Assembly: GCA_964106915.2 (NCBI GenBank)
Contig: OZ066923.1
Source: Podarcis gaigeae
Taxonomy: Eukaryota
Direction: 5' to 3' (one strand)
Length of the DNA: 64,000 bases
Shown piece after piece: positions 1 to 13,879 of this stretch; within the stretch, counting starts at the first letter, position 1; each line of letters starts with the position of its first letter. A program made the translations under genes and the position numbers. The notes under the pieces are model-generated. The model saw only the letters and a program-made list of their open reading frames with translations, had not been told where the DNA came from and ran no database searches.

Positions 1-207
1 CGTTCTCTGATATTTTACCACTACATTTAGTTTTGTTCTTAATTAAATAATCTGGCAACAACAACTACATTTTATATCCAACCCTTCAACTTTCAAGTGA
101 ACAGGGTGGCCAACAGCAAAGCAAAGCTGACAGGTCAATATGAAATTATTTTCTATGAAATACAAGCAGAAATACAAATACACATTATGTCACTCTTCTT
201 ATGCTTC

Positions 208-243
<36 letters not shown>

Positions 244-560
244 TTATTATTAATACCCGACCCATCTGACTGGGTTTCCCCAGCCACTCTGGGCGGCTTC
301 CAACAGTAGTCCATCAAACATTAAAAGCTTCCCTAAACAGGGCTGCCTTCAGATGTCTTCTAAAGGTCTGGCAGTTGTTGTTCTCTTTGTCATCTGGTGG
401 GAGGGCATTCCACAGGGTGGGTACCACTACCAAGAAGGCCCCTGCTTGGTTCCCTGTAGCTTGGCTTCTCGCAGTGAGAGAACTGCCAGAAGGCCCTCGG
501 TGCTGGACCTCAGGGTCCGGGTAGAATGATGGGGGTGGAGACACTCCTTCAGATATACTG
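208..560 (-). mobile_element. L2-clade LINE 3' fragment with (TAT)n tail
   Basis: AFLVVVPTLWNALP...FRRHLKAALFREAF C-terminus; (AAT)n run 208-243. Confidence 0.75.
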
Positions 561-615
561 AAGAGCTGATGGGACAAAGAGGTCTTCAGCTGCTGTTTGA
601 AGACATGTAAGGGGG

Positions 616-966
616 CTGTGGGTAAAAGCCTCAGCGCCGATGGCTTGCCGATCGAAAGGTCGGCGGTTCGAATCCCCGCGGCGGGGTGCGCTCCCGTTGC
701 TCGGTCCCAGCGCCTGCCAACCTAGCAGTTCGAAAGCACCCTTGGGTGCAAGTAGGTAAATAGGGACCGCTTTCTAGCGGGAAGGTAAACGGCGTTTCCG
801 TGTGCAGCTCTGGCTCGCCAGAGCAGCGATGTCACGCTGGCCACGTGACCCGGAAGTGTCTTCGGACAGCGCTGGCCCCTGGCCTCTTGAGTGAGATGGG
901 CGCACAACCCCAGAGTCTGGCAAGACTGGCCCGTACGGGCAGGGGTACCTTTACCTTTACCTTTTT
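616..966 (+). mobile_element. Sauria SINE, slightly 5'-truncated
   Basis: B-box GGTTCGAATCC, core cctgccaacctagcagttcgaaagc, (ACCTTT)n tail, TSD taaggggg at 608-615 and 967-974. Confidence 0.9.
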
Positions 967-1497
967 TAAGGGGGGGACAGACTGATCTTAATAAGGAGGG
1001 AGTTCCGGTTTCCAGTTCTGAGCAATGGCAGTGGCTCTCTCACGTCGGAGAGAGGCTCAGACGAAGGAGAAGAGAACGTTAAATCATTCCCCGAAACCTC
1101 CGAAGGTACAGGGGAGCAGGCTGACCTGTGGTCACCTCACTGACTCGCTCCCACATGGGTCACTACGGGGGTGGGCGGTGTTGAGTCTCTAGCACCTTCG
1201 CCATGATGCAAACCCTCCTGACTGCCATCAAAAGCAGAGGTTCTCCTAATGATTGGCTGGTAATTGGCATTAAGTAAAGGAGATGTGGACACCAGAACTG
1301 TAGACCATCCAGCTGCATTGAAGTGAGGTTTGAAATCTGGAGAAGATTTTATTCTGTGTTGGTAGTGGTGGATGGAGGAGAGGGGGGCTCTCCGCTATGT
1401 TTTATATTATGGAAGTTCTTAAGTTTATGATTTGGCAACCCTCTCCAAATACAAGATTTAAAGAGATACATAGTAAATCAAACCATCCTCTGATGGT

Positions 1498-1568
1498 GTT
1501 TCCTGCTTGGCAGGGGGTTGGACTCGATGGCCCTTGTGGTCTCTTCCAACTCTATGATTCTATGATTC
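1498..1568 (+). mobile_element. CR1 LINE 3' tail
   Basis: gggggttggactcgatgg..ttccaactctatgattctatgattc (CR1 octamer tail). Confidence 0.75.
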
Positions 1569-4552
1569 ACTTGTAACTTTGATATTTAAAAGAAGACTTA
1601 AAGCAGTGTGGGTGGGGAGCCTGGCTGTTTCGATGGATGTCGTTGGAGACTAGAGCTTATTCCTCCCCCTCCTTAAAAAAAGAGACAATGGACTTGAACA
1701 TAAGTTGTATCTCAACCTCTCGTCAATAGGAATGACATTGGCCAAAGGTGCTGCTAGCAGAGGGACTCAAAAGCAGTAGTGGTTTCACCAGCGATATATT
1801 GCTAAGTGAAACTGCCATCCCACTCTGCATAACCAGGTTGAAATTTGGAAAAATCAATAAAAATAATTGACACACTGAATAAGGATAAAGTTCCAATAGG
1901 GCACCCATCCTGTGTGGCAGTAACACACAAAGGGCCTTGTCTTGTAGATCTTAAATCACTGGTTTCCTGGTACTGAGGAAGGCATTCTTCCTTCAAGTAC
2001 TTGGGTCTTAAGCCATACACAACACAGAGCCACACATGCATATTTACATGCACTTGAAGATGCAAACATTATCAGCATTTCCAGCTGTAATTGGCAAGCC
2101 AGGGAAAAGCAGGCTTTCGGCACTCCTAGCCACTGAAGCCACACTGACAGTACGGAATCCTGGCTACACCCATGAGCAGCAGTACCACCACTACAAAGAA
2201 GTACAAGCCTCTTTCGTCTTCAAACTGTAGGTCATGATATATAATGGGCAGAGTGTTGAACTGGGACCAGAAAGAAATAGGTTCAAAAAACCACATAGCC
2301 AAGAAGCTTACTAAGCAAGTTTTGCTCACACTAGAAAACACTACGAAAGCTTTCATAAGCTGCACAGAAGAAATACAAAAGCAGTAAAAATAAATATAGC
2401 GAGCATTGCCGCTCTAAGCATACATTAATCTCCACACATACACACAAAAGAAAAACATATTCTAGAAATAATGAGTTCAATGTCACAAGCTACATTTTTC
2501 ATTAACTTCTCTGCTTAGCTGAAGTCCTCTTAAAAAATTTACATTAATAAAAAATATTTTGCATAAACATTTCTACCAAGTAAATTAAATCAATTTGCTT
2601 TAAGGAAATGCGCTATGTATTTGTTGAGGACCAGCCCCCCTTTGACCAGAAGGTCTCATAGCAACATACATACAATAGTTAACATGCAAAGGACAGAGGA
2701 ATCAAGTTCTTGATGCATTTATCAGGATTAATATACACTCACATTCATATGAATTAAACAGGTGCTTATAAAAAGACAAACAAAGCCTACATATATGAAA
2801 ATCTAAAATGAGAATAAAAATTTCACAGGGAGTCTTCAAACATTTTAATTCACGCATATCTTTAAAATGTTTTGTGTTTATAACCCCCCCACACACACAC
2901 ACACAAAATAAAAAATACAAAGTGCAAATGACGTTTAACAAATCATTTGTGGGATTGGCTGTGGTACCCAGTCAAAGGCGCCAGCGTTTCCTGCTGTGTA
3001 ATGTGTGAAACGGCCCTCCAATGGCCATTTAAACAGTGAAAATGGGGACACGGGCAAAAGAGAAAATAACTGGAGTCAGAATTTTAAATTAGAGGAGAAA
3101 CAATGCAAATTTAACTCCAGAATCAAAACCTGAAATGTTCCCAAGGGCCGTTTCTCTCAATATATATGAGAGAAGAAGAAAAAGCCTGCACTGCTTTGGT
3201 TGCTAGCTACAACCTACTCACTCGTCTTGCAATAATCCCACAGACTTCAAATAGAGTGCTTTGGAGAAAGCAGTTAGTGGATGGCAGCCAAAAACAACGC
3301 TACTGCAGTTATTTTGGAATATTTACCCTACACTGTGAGGCAAGCTATGTGGGTTAAGCCCATTTTTATTTGTTCTAAAAGGTAAACACTTACTAAAAAT
3401 AAATACCTTAAACAGAAATGAAGGGCAATAACTATTCAAAACCTAAGTTGCTTAGGACACAACCTCTGTCCATCCACAAAGTAGCTGGTAGTTTTCTATG
3501 GTGTTGCCAAAAGCGGCTGACATTGTTTAGCTACCAGAAGAACAAAATGGAATCACAGTGTAACATTGGATCCCATGCCAAGTAACATCTGTACACACCA
3601 TCAGGGATTCCCTATAAAAGACATCTTGTTTGGACTACATTATCCTTTCACATTTTATCATGATTCATTCTACTGTTAATTCAAACATAAAGTTTATGAT
3701 CATCAAACAGAGCTGTCTCTCCGCTCTCACTACTACCATACAGTACACAAAGGAAATGTTTGCAGTGAGAAAAATAGACATCTATGCAGGCGACAGGCTT
3801 TACTTAGGACTATTTCGCTCCTATCCTATTTGCACATAAAGAAACAGATACCTGGAAGAAGAGGAGCATGGTTATATTAGCCCAAAATTATTATGGGTGA
3901 ATACAGATACCATTTTGTACGCCCATCATCTGGAATGCTATGCCAAGCATTAACAATGCAGTTGCTTTGGGTTTTGACATTATTTTGAAAATGGTTTTTG
4001 GAGATAGGTTTGATGAAAAGAAATTTAATAGACACACGTGTGGTGAGAATTCCACTGCACCCTTGTTTTTAAAAAATCATCTGCTCTGTGAAAAGACCAC
4101 ATGATTCAGCTCCACAAGGTCACAGGTTCTCTTCCCACCCTTTTCCTGTTAAACTGCAAGCAAACATGATAAGACAGGGCTCAAGAGCCACAGAATTTTA
4201 TTCAGCAACTGATCTCTATGAACTATTGCTCAGTGAGCTTTAAAAGTATAGCTGACGCACTGTGAAGTAATTGCAAGCAACCAGCCAGAGCAATTCCCTA
4301 AAGCCTAAAAGGCTAAATTAACTGAAGGATTCCTGTGAAGCATCACAGTGTCTCTGGGCTGCTTCTTGTTGCATAAGCTTTGCCGCGTGATCCTGGCTGC
4401 TAGCAGATGGCCCCCAAAACTTCTCCAGCATCACGCTGTCAATTAAACAGTGACACTAGTTATATTTACAAGCCAGTTTCCAGGGGTAGGGGGGAAAGAT
4501 CTGTCAAATCCTCTCTTAAGGCTGATGCCCCTTGACAGAATCATTATAGATG

Positions 4553-4790
4553 AAACAAAAAAAAATTCCTTCCAGTAGCACCTTAAAGACCAACTAAGTT
4601 AGTTCTTGGTATGAGCTTTCGTGTGCATGCACACTTCTTCAGATACACCTGAAGTATCTGAAGAAGTGTGCATGCACACGAAAGCTCATACAAAGAACTA
4701 ACTTAGTTGGTCTTTAAGGTGCTACTGGAAGGAATTTTGTTTTGTTTTGACTATGGCAGACCAACACGGCTACCTATCTGTAACTGTCAT
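4553..4790. mobile_element. Penelope-like element terminus arranged as an inverted repeat (85-bp stem)
   Basis: Arms 4562-4646 and 4654-4738 with one mismatch and a 7-nt loop; gtagcaccttaaagac..tctgaagaagt..cacgaaagctcat motifs typical of reptile Penelope pLTRs. Confidence 0.8.
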
Positions 4791-6022
4791 TATAGATGGT
4801 TTGTTTTTTCCAATTTCTGTGTGCCCTTGTAACTTACTACACGAAACTTGCTTGATGTTTTTATTCACACAGTGGTCAGTTCATAGCATCTATCTGCAGG
4901 CTTCTCTTACAAGTCAATGCAAGCCAAAGTGTCTATTAAATTATTGAAAGGCCTGGTCACACATCGTATTAAACCACAGTTCAAAACAAACAACAGTTTA
5001 ATGGGAATGTGCAAGCTGCTCAGATGTTCTCTGCTCCTCCCCCACTCCAAGAACCAAGCTTATGACAAACCATGAGTGGTAACTAAGGTTTGTTCTTGGC
5101 TCATAGCTAATGGCCTGTTTGGAGAGACACGAGCCCAGGTTCAGACATTATGACCAACCAGAATATGGCTTGTTTCCTGGCAACAGCAGGACAGGTGGAG
5201 CTGTTGAGCAAGACAGCATTGCAGCAGCAGTCTGGGCAATGAGTTAAACCAAAGTTTGCTTTTAGCTATGGTTTAATGTGATGTGCAAACTCACCCAGCA
5301 CGACTAGTCTCTTTCAGATCTCATCTCTACAATGATCACACTTAGGAGGAAACCCCCTTCTCTCAACTGCACATCTGTACTATGGGGATTAACATTGACC
5401 TACCTTGCAGAGTTGTTGTGAGGATAACTGAGATAAGGTACTGATGACCAACAATGGTGCAGATTCAATTAATAGCACAGATATTGTAGCCCCCTTGTCT
5501 CAGTCAATTATCCCAAACCAAACTGACTTTGATTCTGACAAAAATATTTATTAGTGGCCAGATGCACAATGTCAGATGTTTGAAAATGCATGTGCTACAA
5601 AAAGCAAAGGACAGCACCTGCATTTAGAAATCATTCAGTTGTACATGCAATTTTTGCCCATGGGTCCTAAACACAAGGATACCCAAGACAATGGAGCAGA
5701 AAACACTCTGGGTAAAAAGGACAGGCTGAAACACATTGAAGCAGGGATGAGGAACCCATGGTGGTGCTCCAGAAGTTGTTGGACTCCCTTAGCCCAAGCT
5801 AGTATAGCCAGTGCTCAGGGATAATGGTAGCTGTAGTCCAACAACATCTGGAGAGCAACAGGTTCCCCAATCCCACCTAAAGTATCAATCCACTAAAAGA
5901 TTAACAAGATACACACCTCTTTATTTCTTTACATAACTTAAGTTCAGCACAAGTTCCAACTACAAATTACAGTAAATCAAGACTGACATTACCCAAGATG
6001 AATAGCTTCCAACCACTTAGGC

Positions 6023-6158
6023 CAGTGTTTCCCAAACTCGGGTCTCCAGCGGTTTTTGGACTACAACTCCCATCATCCCTAGCTAGCAGAACCGGTGGTC
6101 AGGAATGATGGGAACTGTATTCCAAAAACAGCTGGAGACCCAAGTTTGGGAAACACTG
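6023..6158. mobile_element. hAT-type MITE
   Basis: TIR CAGTGTTTCCCAAAC; 8-bp TSD ACTTAGGC on both sides. Confidence 0.9.
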
Positions 6159-7284
6159 ACTTAGGCAAAGACATTATAATATATAGTAGGAGTGTGGTTC
6201 TTTCTCTGCCCTTCACTCTTAATAGCATAGGTAACATGGTAACTTGGTTAGCTAGGGCTTTTCCCAGACTATTTGCAAAACTATATGATAAAGATGCAAA
6301 GTCTTCTGCCCTGCTTTTCAAGCTGTAAACATGTCCAAAAGACAAAGGCGTGTGTGCAGACTGGCAATTCAAGCATATGTGCTTTGGGGAACTTGCAGGC
6401 AAAGCTACTGTAAATACCATGCTTTGGGCTACCGATTCATGCTGTTGAACTTTCATTTAGTATTGCATTGCATTTGCACTGTTTATTAACAACCTCCACC
6501 CATAAAATCATTTTAAAAAAAACAAAAAACAACAACAACTGAACAAATACTGCCCTCAAGTAGAACTGTGCTACCCAAACGAAGGACTGGAATTCCCTGT
6601 GAGTAAATGAAGGCAAGCTGTCGCTCAAGTGGATTTTCCTCCAGTTATGGTCTATTTCACAGCTGCTGTAATGCCCAACAGCTGAAATGTTTAAATCTGA
6701 TTTTTATATTAGCAGCACTCAGTCAGAGTTGTTTTGAGACACAGGCGTGAGTGGTTTGCTCTCAAGGGGATCTCATCACAATAAAAGTAATTGCAAGAAT
6801 CTTTCTTATTTCTACACCAGGCAAGCAGTTTCAAGCTAACCATAATTGCCTTTCATTTCAACCAGTCTCAGCTTTAAAGGAATAACTCAGAATTAGATCT
6901 GTTGTACAAATTAAACACTACTCGCATGCTGGGAAATGTTTGGACAGGAATAATACAATCAGCCTGAAGCAAACTGGCAGGATTCTATATGTACTCCAAG
7001 GCACAAAGGAGAGTTTGAAGGTCCAGCTTTGCTCAGAACAGCAGTCTATCGGGGTAAGTGACCAACAGTCATTCTTTGACTATTCAAACACACTTTTTCA
7101 TACAAAAAAAAGAAAAAGAAAATTGTTTGCAAAAGTGAATGTTTTCAGGACCAGGAAAAAACAGTAAAGCATATGTAAGTCTGTACAAATGAAGCTGTTT
7201 CAAATATGGTTGTATTTCTAAACTACAATTATAGACTTTGTTATATTCTTATTTTAAAAGGCACAATACATGTCCATATATATT

Positions 7285-7403
7285 GGGTGGTATTCAACTA
7301 AGTTTTACTTAGAGTAGCCCCAGTGAAATTAAACAACATGACTAAGCTAGGCCCATTGATTTCAGTAAGTCTCCTCTGAGTAAAACTTAGTTGAATACCA
7401 CCC
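7285..7403. mobile_element. Palindromic MITE
   Basis: Long TIR GGGTGGTATTCAACTAAGTTTTACT / AGTAAAACTTAGTTGAATACCACCC. Confidence 0.8.
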
Positions 7404-9477
7404 ACTATGTTCTGCTGTGGTCATCTTGAGAACTATGCTGCATCAAGTATTTATGGTCTGCATAACAAATAAACAGAGCTGAAAATATGGGGCTAAAGTA
7501 CATAGGACAAGATTCTTAATTTATTGCATACCCATTTTCTAGGGTTCACAATGTCTCGTGCTATATTCATAATGCAGCAGTCCTACCCACCCCTGGATCT
7601 TCTCTCCTGACATGGAAGCCCATAGCTGCATTGCATGCCTGAGTCACTCTAAGGGCTTCTGAAGTACCAAGTGACAAGCATATATTTGCCCCAGCCTTCT
7701 TCTCAAGCACAGATGTGGCGAGCGATCATTCCAGCAGTTGCACTGCGTCTGAAGGGCCTTCAATCTGCAGGGACGATCTACCACTCCCAGCCCCAACTAT
7801 ACTTAAGAAGAGAACAGAGATGATTCTTTTCTGTGCTGTGCTGCTTTCTCAGCTGCCAAAAGCAGGACCAGCCCAGGACATTTTGGCATTTGAGGCAAAC
7901 CACAAAATGGTGCATGCACACCCCAGACAGGGAAGAAGGAGAGGGTGAAGCTCTACATCAGGAACAAGGAGAAGAATGAAAATCTACACACAATGAGTTC
8001 CTTGGAGCAGTGTTAGAAAGTGGGATGGGAAAGCCAGGAGCCATGTGGCTCCTGGGACCTAGGTTGTGGGCACCAAAACAAAAAAAAAAATTGCTTCCCC
8101 GCTACCAGACCAAGCAGCCCCGTAGCAAAAAAATAAATAAAAAATGCTGCTGGGTGAATTGGGGGTCTGAACTCTACCCCACCAAGGCAGCACAACAGCA
8201 AAAAAACTTTTCCTGCCAGGTGATTCACGGGGTCTGCAGGGTAGCAAAATAGTTGATTTCCTCGGCAGCAGCAAAAAACAAATACGAGTCTTTAGCTGCT
8301 GCACTACTGGGTAAATCATCTGTTTTGCAGGGTAGTGTGGTAGCAAAAGACAAGTCTGCCCTGCCCAGTGCCACCAGGCACTGAATCACATGGCCAGGGA
8401 GGTAGAGATGCTAGGTGCCAAAGGCAGCACCTGGACATCTCCATCCAGTTGCAAAAGGCTGATTGCCAATCACAAAATGCAACTGGTGCCGGCTAATTTT
8501 GAACCGTGCCTTGGAGGCCGGACTTGCTGCCCTCTGTATACTGCCACCCAAGGCAGTCACCTCACCTTGCCTCATGGAAGGGCCAGCCCTGGCCCCAAGC
8601 ACCTTGAAAGTGCAGAGGTTTGTTCCTGACCCAGCACCACATTTCAGTTGTTCCTCTCGACCCTTTGCTAAAATCATGAAGCAGGTTTGCTTTTCCGAAT
8701 AAAAATATTTTTTAAGCATTCATCTCACAACAATCCCCACAGAAGAGCAAAAAGCAATTGAGTTATCTCTGTTGAACGAAGCTACTTAAAGTAAGGGGTT
8801 TACAAAACCATTCTTGGAAATAGAAGCCAATTGTATTATCTCTTATCTTGAGGATAAGCCCAGGGCAAAATCACATTGCAAGACAACTAGGGCAAAATCC
8901 ATTTATGCTACTAGCTATGAGACAGTGAACACATGCCTGCTCTTTGTTATTACAGCAATATCTAAACTGCAAAAATTGCAACACTTTTTAACATCTTTGT
9001 ACTTACAGGACCCAAAGAAAGAAGAAAGATTTTAGTAGTTTGTTTTAATGCAAAGCATTCACACATGAAAATGTGTGAGTGAGAGGTAGACAGAAATACA
9101 TTAAGAGAAGAAGAAATGTTGTGAGCATCAGCACACCTTTTCAGTCCTATTCTCCTCATAAGGCTTGACTGGAGTTGGTCAGAGCTAGGCTGCCATTGTC
9201 TGCTCCAAAAAATGGGTCCTGTTCTTCCACAGCTTCCAATGCAGTCATGAATACAGTCATGCAGAGTCTTCCATCCCAGCATTACAACAGGACAGGCCAC
9301 ATCACAAAACAAAGGATGCCTATGAATACCCATCCTAAAGGTATTTTCTTGAATCACCTTTAGTTTTCAGTGGAGCCTAACAGCAAAGTAATTCAACTGT
9401 AAGCCACCTTCTCAAATAGTCTCATCAGAATATTTAAGGCCCAGCATATACCTCTGAATATACAAGACTGGAAGAAT

Positions 9478-10024
9478 CATAGCTGTCAACTTACAGATTT
9501 GAAAATAAGGGACCAGCAGCCTTGAAAATAAGGGACCTGCAGCCTCACCTGTTCCAGACACTCCAGTCTTCCTGTCCTCCTGCAATCTGGTCAAACTCAT
9601 GCTGGTAGCTTCGAGAACATTGTCCAACCAACTTTGTAACCAGAGGTTCAACTGAATAGAATCTGAATCACATGCACCACAAGGCCTATGCTGCCTCAAC
9701 TTAAGATGGCTCCCCAGCCTGGCTTTGCACTGCAAAGTTTGCAGCAGCACGTGCAACAAAATGGCATCCAGCATTCAAAAAACCCCTCAGCTTGCATTAA
9801 TTAGCCACACACAAGGCATGCAAGCTCCACCCCCCAGTCGTTCTTAGACTTCTTATTGGGTGAGCAACAGGGCAGGGAGGGAGGGAGAGGAGCTGCTTCC
9901 TTTGAAATTTAAGGGACATCATTTAAGGGACATTTAAGGGACATCCATCAATAAGGGACAGCAGCGGGACATGGCGCTGGAATAAGGAACTGTCCCTTCA
10001 AATAAGGGACACTTGACAGCTATG
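9478..10024. mobile_element. Non-autonomous hAT-type DNA transposon, copy 1
   Basis: TIR CATAGCTGTCAA; perfect 8-bp TSD GGAAGAAT; subterminal AAGGGAC repeats. Confidence 0.9.
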
Positions 10025-10486
10025 GGAAGAATCCTGCCAATGATAACTGAGGTCTTCCACTGCTGGTCTTTCACATCACAGAACTTGGGTGTACATTTTG
10101 ACCTGTTTCTGTAAACCAGCTGATCCTAAGTGGTCCCCTCCATATTAACGTTTGTAGCTGCCTTTTACCAAGTTGGAAGATTAGTCCATTCAACCTAGTA
10201 ATGTCAGCTATAACTGGGAGCAGCTCTCCACAACCATAAGCAAAGATATTTCCCAATCATGCTATCAGACATCCTTGCAACTGTAAAAAGGCCAGGGATG
10301 GCTCCTCAGGCCTTCTGTGTACAAAAGCTAAGCATTCCCCCACCGCCAGTGTGGTATAACGGTCAGTGTGTCAAATGCCCACTGAGCCAAGTTCACTGGG
10401 TGACCTTGGGCCAGCCACTGTCTCAGTTCATCATATTTCACAAGGCTGTTTCGAGGATAAAATGCGGAGGCAAGAACCATGTACAC

Positions 10487-10622
10487 CAGGCACCTCCAAC
10501 CTGCAGCCCTCCAGATGTTTTGGCCTACAACTCCCATGATCCCTAGCTAACAGTAACAGTGGTCAGGGATGAGGGGAATTGTAGTCCAAAACATCTGGAG
10601 GGCTGAAGGTTGTGGATGCCTG
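10487..10622. mobile_element. hAT-type MITE inserted at the end of a MIR-like SINE remnant
   Basis: CAGGCA..TGCCTG ends, 8-bp TSD ATGTACAC. Confidence 0.85.
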
Positions 10623-10914
10623 ATGTACACCTTTCTTGCGTTCCTTGGAGAAAAGGGGGGCCTCCTTGAAGTAAGTATTGTAGAGGCAGAACCATACAAC
10701 CATCTGCACTTCAAACCAACATATTTAACTTTAATTTCTTTCTACACAAAACCTTATAAAGATTCTCCTGTTAAAAATCTGAGACATCTTCATAGTGCTG
10801 TTCTACTTAGCTGGGAACCACAATAGTGAGACATTTAATCTCATTCAGCTATGTACTGTAAACTAGTATCAAGTGGCCAAAACACACTGGTATTTAACTA
10901 GCACTAGCATTTAA

Positions 10915-11139
10915 CAGTGGTACCTTGGGTTATAGACACTTCAGGTTACAGACTCCGCTAACCCAGAAATAGTACCTCGGGTTAAGAACTTTGCTTCAGG
11001 ATGAGAACAGAAATCGTACTCTGGCGGCACGGCAGCAGCAAGGAGCCCCATTAGCTAAAGTGGTCTTCAGGTTAAGAACAGTTTCAGGTTAAGAACGGAC
11101 CTCCAGAACGGATTAAGTACTTAACCCAAGGTACCACTG
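10915..11139. mobile_element. Tigger/pogo-like MITE
   Basis: TIR CAGTGGTACCTTGGGTTA; near-identical copy at 20166-20389. Confidence 0.85.
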
Positions 11140-13879
11140 TAATCATGTTCAGCATGTCTACACCAATGCTGCACTGGTGCTTATTATTATTAACATATAC
11201 ATTATGAAACCATGAGCTGCATTTCCAAACTCTCAAGGACAGATGCCAAGGAGCCATAACTTTGTGGCACATGTCCATAACATTTGGACTCTGCACACTG
11301 TTAACACCAGTCGTAGCCCTGACTAACACAACTGCTCCATAAAGCATGGAGCATGCCCCTGGCTTTCTGGGCAATCAGATCACATATTCCACTTCACAGG
11401 ATGATTTGCCAAGTATTACAGGATTTTATTAAATACAGACAAACCTTTTGCATGAACAAGGAAGCGATAAGGCATATAGCTGTGATCTGTTTTACATGAA
11501 GCATGTCTTTTCAGGACAGTTAACCTCATAGCTCCTGTTTCCCTTGGACAATTATCAGAAATGTTACTTGAAATCTGAAGCCCTTTGGCACCCATTCTTT
11601 TCAATCAACAGCCAAAGAAACAAATGGAACATCTGGGAAGGTACAAGTGTGAGAAAAAGACTATATGCCCACAGAGGAACAATGCACAGCACAAGGAGAC
11701 AACCACAAAATTCATCTGGATGGCAAGACTCATTTATGGAAAATTCCAACACACAGACACAAAATAGAACATGACAGCAGCTATGATCACTTTTTCCCTT
11801 ACAATTTGGAAAAAGAAATATAATTTAGACAGCCACCCTCCCTCGACTGAGACAAAACCAAAAAATACCAGTCAGCTTGCTCATCTGGTTAAGAACGAAG
11901 AGGCAACTTCACAACATCACAAGGAGTTTTCACAGCTGAATTCCCTTTGCAGGGTATGCCATTAAACTAGTCAAATGGGCCTGCACTGGAAAAGTAACTG
12001 AAGAAAGAGGACTGTGAACATTATCAGCAGTGTAGATGGGAAAACACACCCACGTCCACCACCATCCAATCTTCAAATTAGAGGTAACCTGCTGGCGAAC
12101 ACAGTTCAACATGGTAAGGCACCTGGGTGAAATTTCAACCAATTCTAATTACACACAAACAAAAGGTTGAAACAAATTTCAACCAATTCTAATTACACAC
12201 AAACAAAAGCCATGATACTACTGTAGATTTTCACTCTTAACGACATAAATGGATATTTGTTTGTTTTCATTTTATTCTCACAAAACCCCTGTGAGGCAGG
12301 TCGGGCTGAAAGAGAGGCTGGTGGAAGACTGTCCAGGGGGCGGGGAGGAATTTTGAACCCTAGCTCAACTCCAGCACTCTCTGAATGCATCACGCGGATG
12401 TCATAAACATGATGTGAATTCTGGTGCATCATCCAAGCACTGTTTCCACATCAATTACCGGTAAGTGTTAGGGCTGCAATCCTACACTTGTGTGGAAGAA
12501 ATGCCCACTCAATAACACTGGCACTTACTTCCAAGGCTCTAATTTATAAAGTCCAACGAACTTAATAAAAATGGGGGGGGGGGACTTCTACTTTATTTAT
12601 TTCAGGTCCACTTCTAATCTAGCCACAGGCTTCTCACAAGGCTAATTGGCTGGACAGTAATCCTCCGTTTAAGCACCCATTAATATGGGTTAATACTTAT
12701 TCTGCTCATTACCTTAGGAAGCAGGTATTGTTTATGAAGGACTGTGAAGATGAGCGTTGACAAATGAGGCCTCTAGTTCACAAAGTGGTTTTTTCCCAGT
12801 TGCTTATATATATTCAAATAGTTTCAGATCATTCTATTCATTATGATTCTAGGTAAAAGTGTTCACAGTGAATTTTACCATTGTACAGTAGGCTAGCATC
12901 TGCACACACCAACACTTCCCTCTCTATCCTCCATCCAGGCAAGCAAAGGGCATCATCAGAGTTCAAGATCACATTCCAACCAGGCAAAAACACTCAAGGA
13001 GGGTACAAAGCAAGGCTGGAGAAAGGTGTGCCCCCAGAAAGTCCCAACAGCCAAACAGAGAGTCCGGAAGGGCTGTACTTGGCTAGGAAGCAGAGGGCTG
13101 GAGTGATGGGAAAGCCAGTATGGTGTAAACACATGGGCAAAGCCAAATGAGTTTCCCGTCGGTGTGCCTGCACCACACTAACCTCCCTGCTGCATCACCC
13201 ATTCCCCTCTTTCTTCTTGGGAAGCAGCACTGAGTCAGCTCTCAGGAGGCAAGATGAGCACTGCCAGCCCACCTCACCATCTGCTACTGAGTGCAGTTTG
13301 ATGTAGGAATCCCAAGTTCAAATCCACAGCAATCCTCTTTGTGGTTTGGCGTTGGGCAAGCCACTGGTCATACAAAAGCCTTCACACATTTAAACCCAAC
13401 ATGGAGGAATTGTGGGACTGCATGGGCTAGCCTCCCCCTCAACACTGACTTGCCCACCAACAAGGCCTCACCACACACACATATGGAATTTTACATGTGT
13501 TCTTCCAACACATGCATAGTGCTCCTTCTCAGGCTCACAGTAGGGCCAACATAACCCTGTAAACCCCCTCAACATGTTAGAAAAATTCATAATGTCAGCT
13601 AAAAGGTAAAACATAATGAATACTTTAAAATAAGATTGACAAACTGTTGTGCAGTCCCATGTAAAGCTAAAGTACACATCATACAGGCAAAGCCCGCAAA
13701 ATCAAACATAATCTTTATATTTTATGTTTTTAAAGAAATTAAATATATTGACGTATACTACTTTTGAGATACCAGAGAGGTAACACCTTTTAAAGAGCTA
13801 TCTTTAGGAAGGGAAACAAATGCACTGAATATCATTTAACAATGTGTAAACCATTTGCACCATGATTATCAGATTACTA

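Noticed and set aside
9412-9774. Same ~100-aa ORF at two loci (also 39988-40296), suggesting a duplicated gene
   Set aside because: Both lie within copies of one non-autonomous transposon
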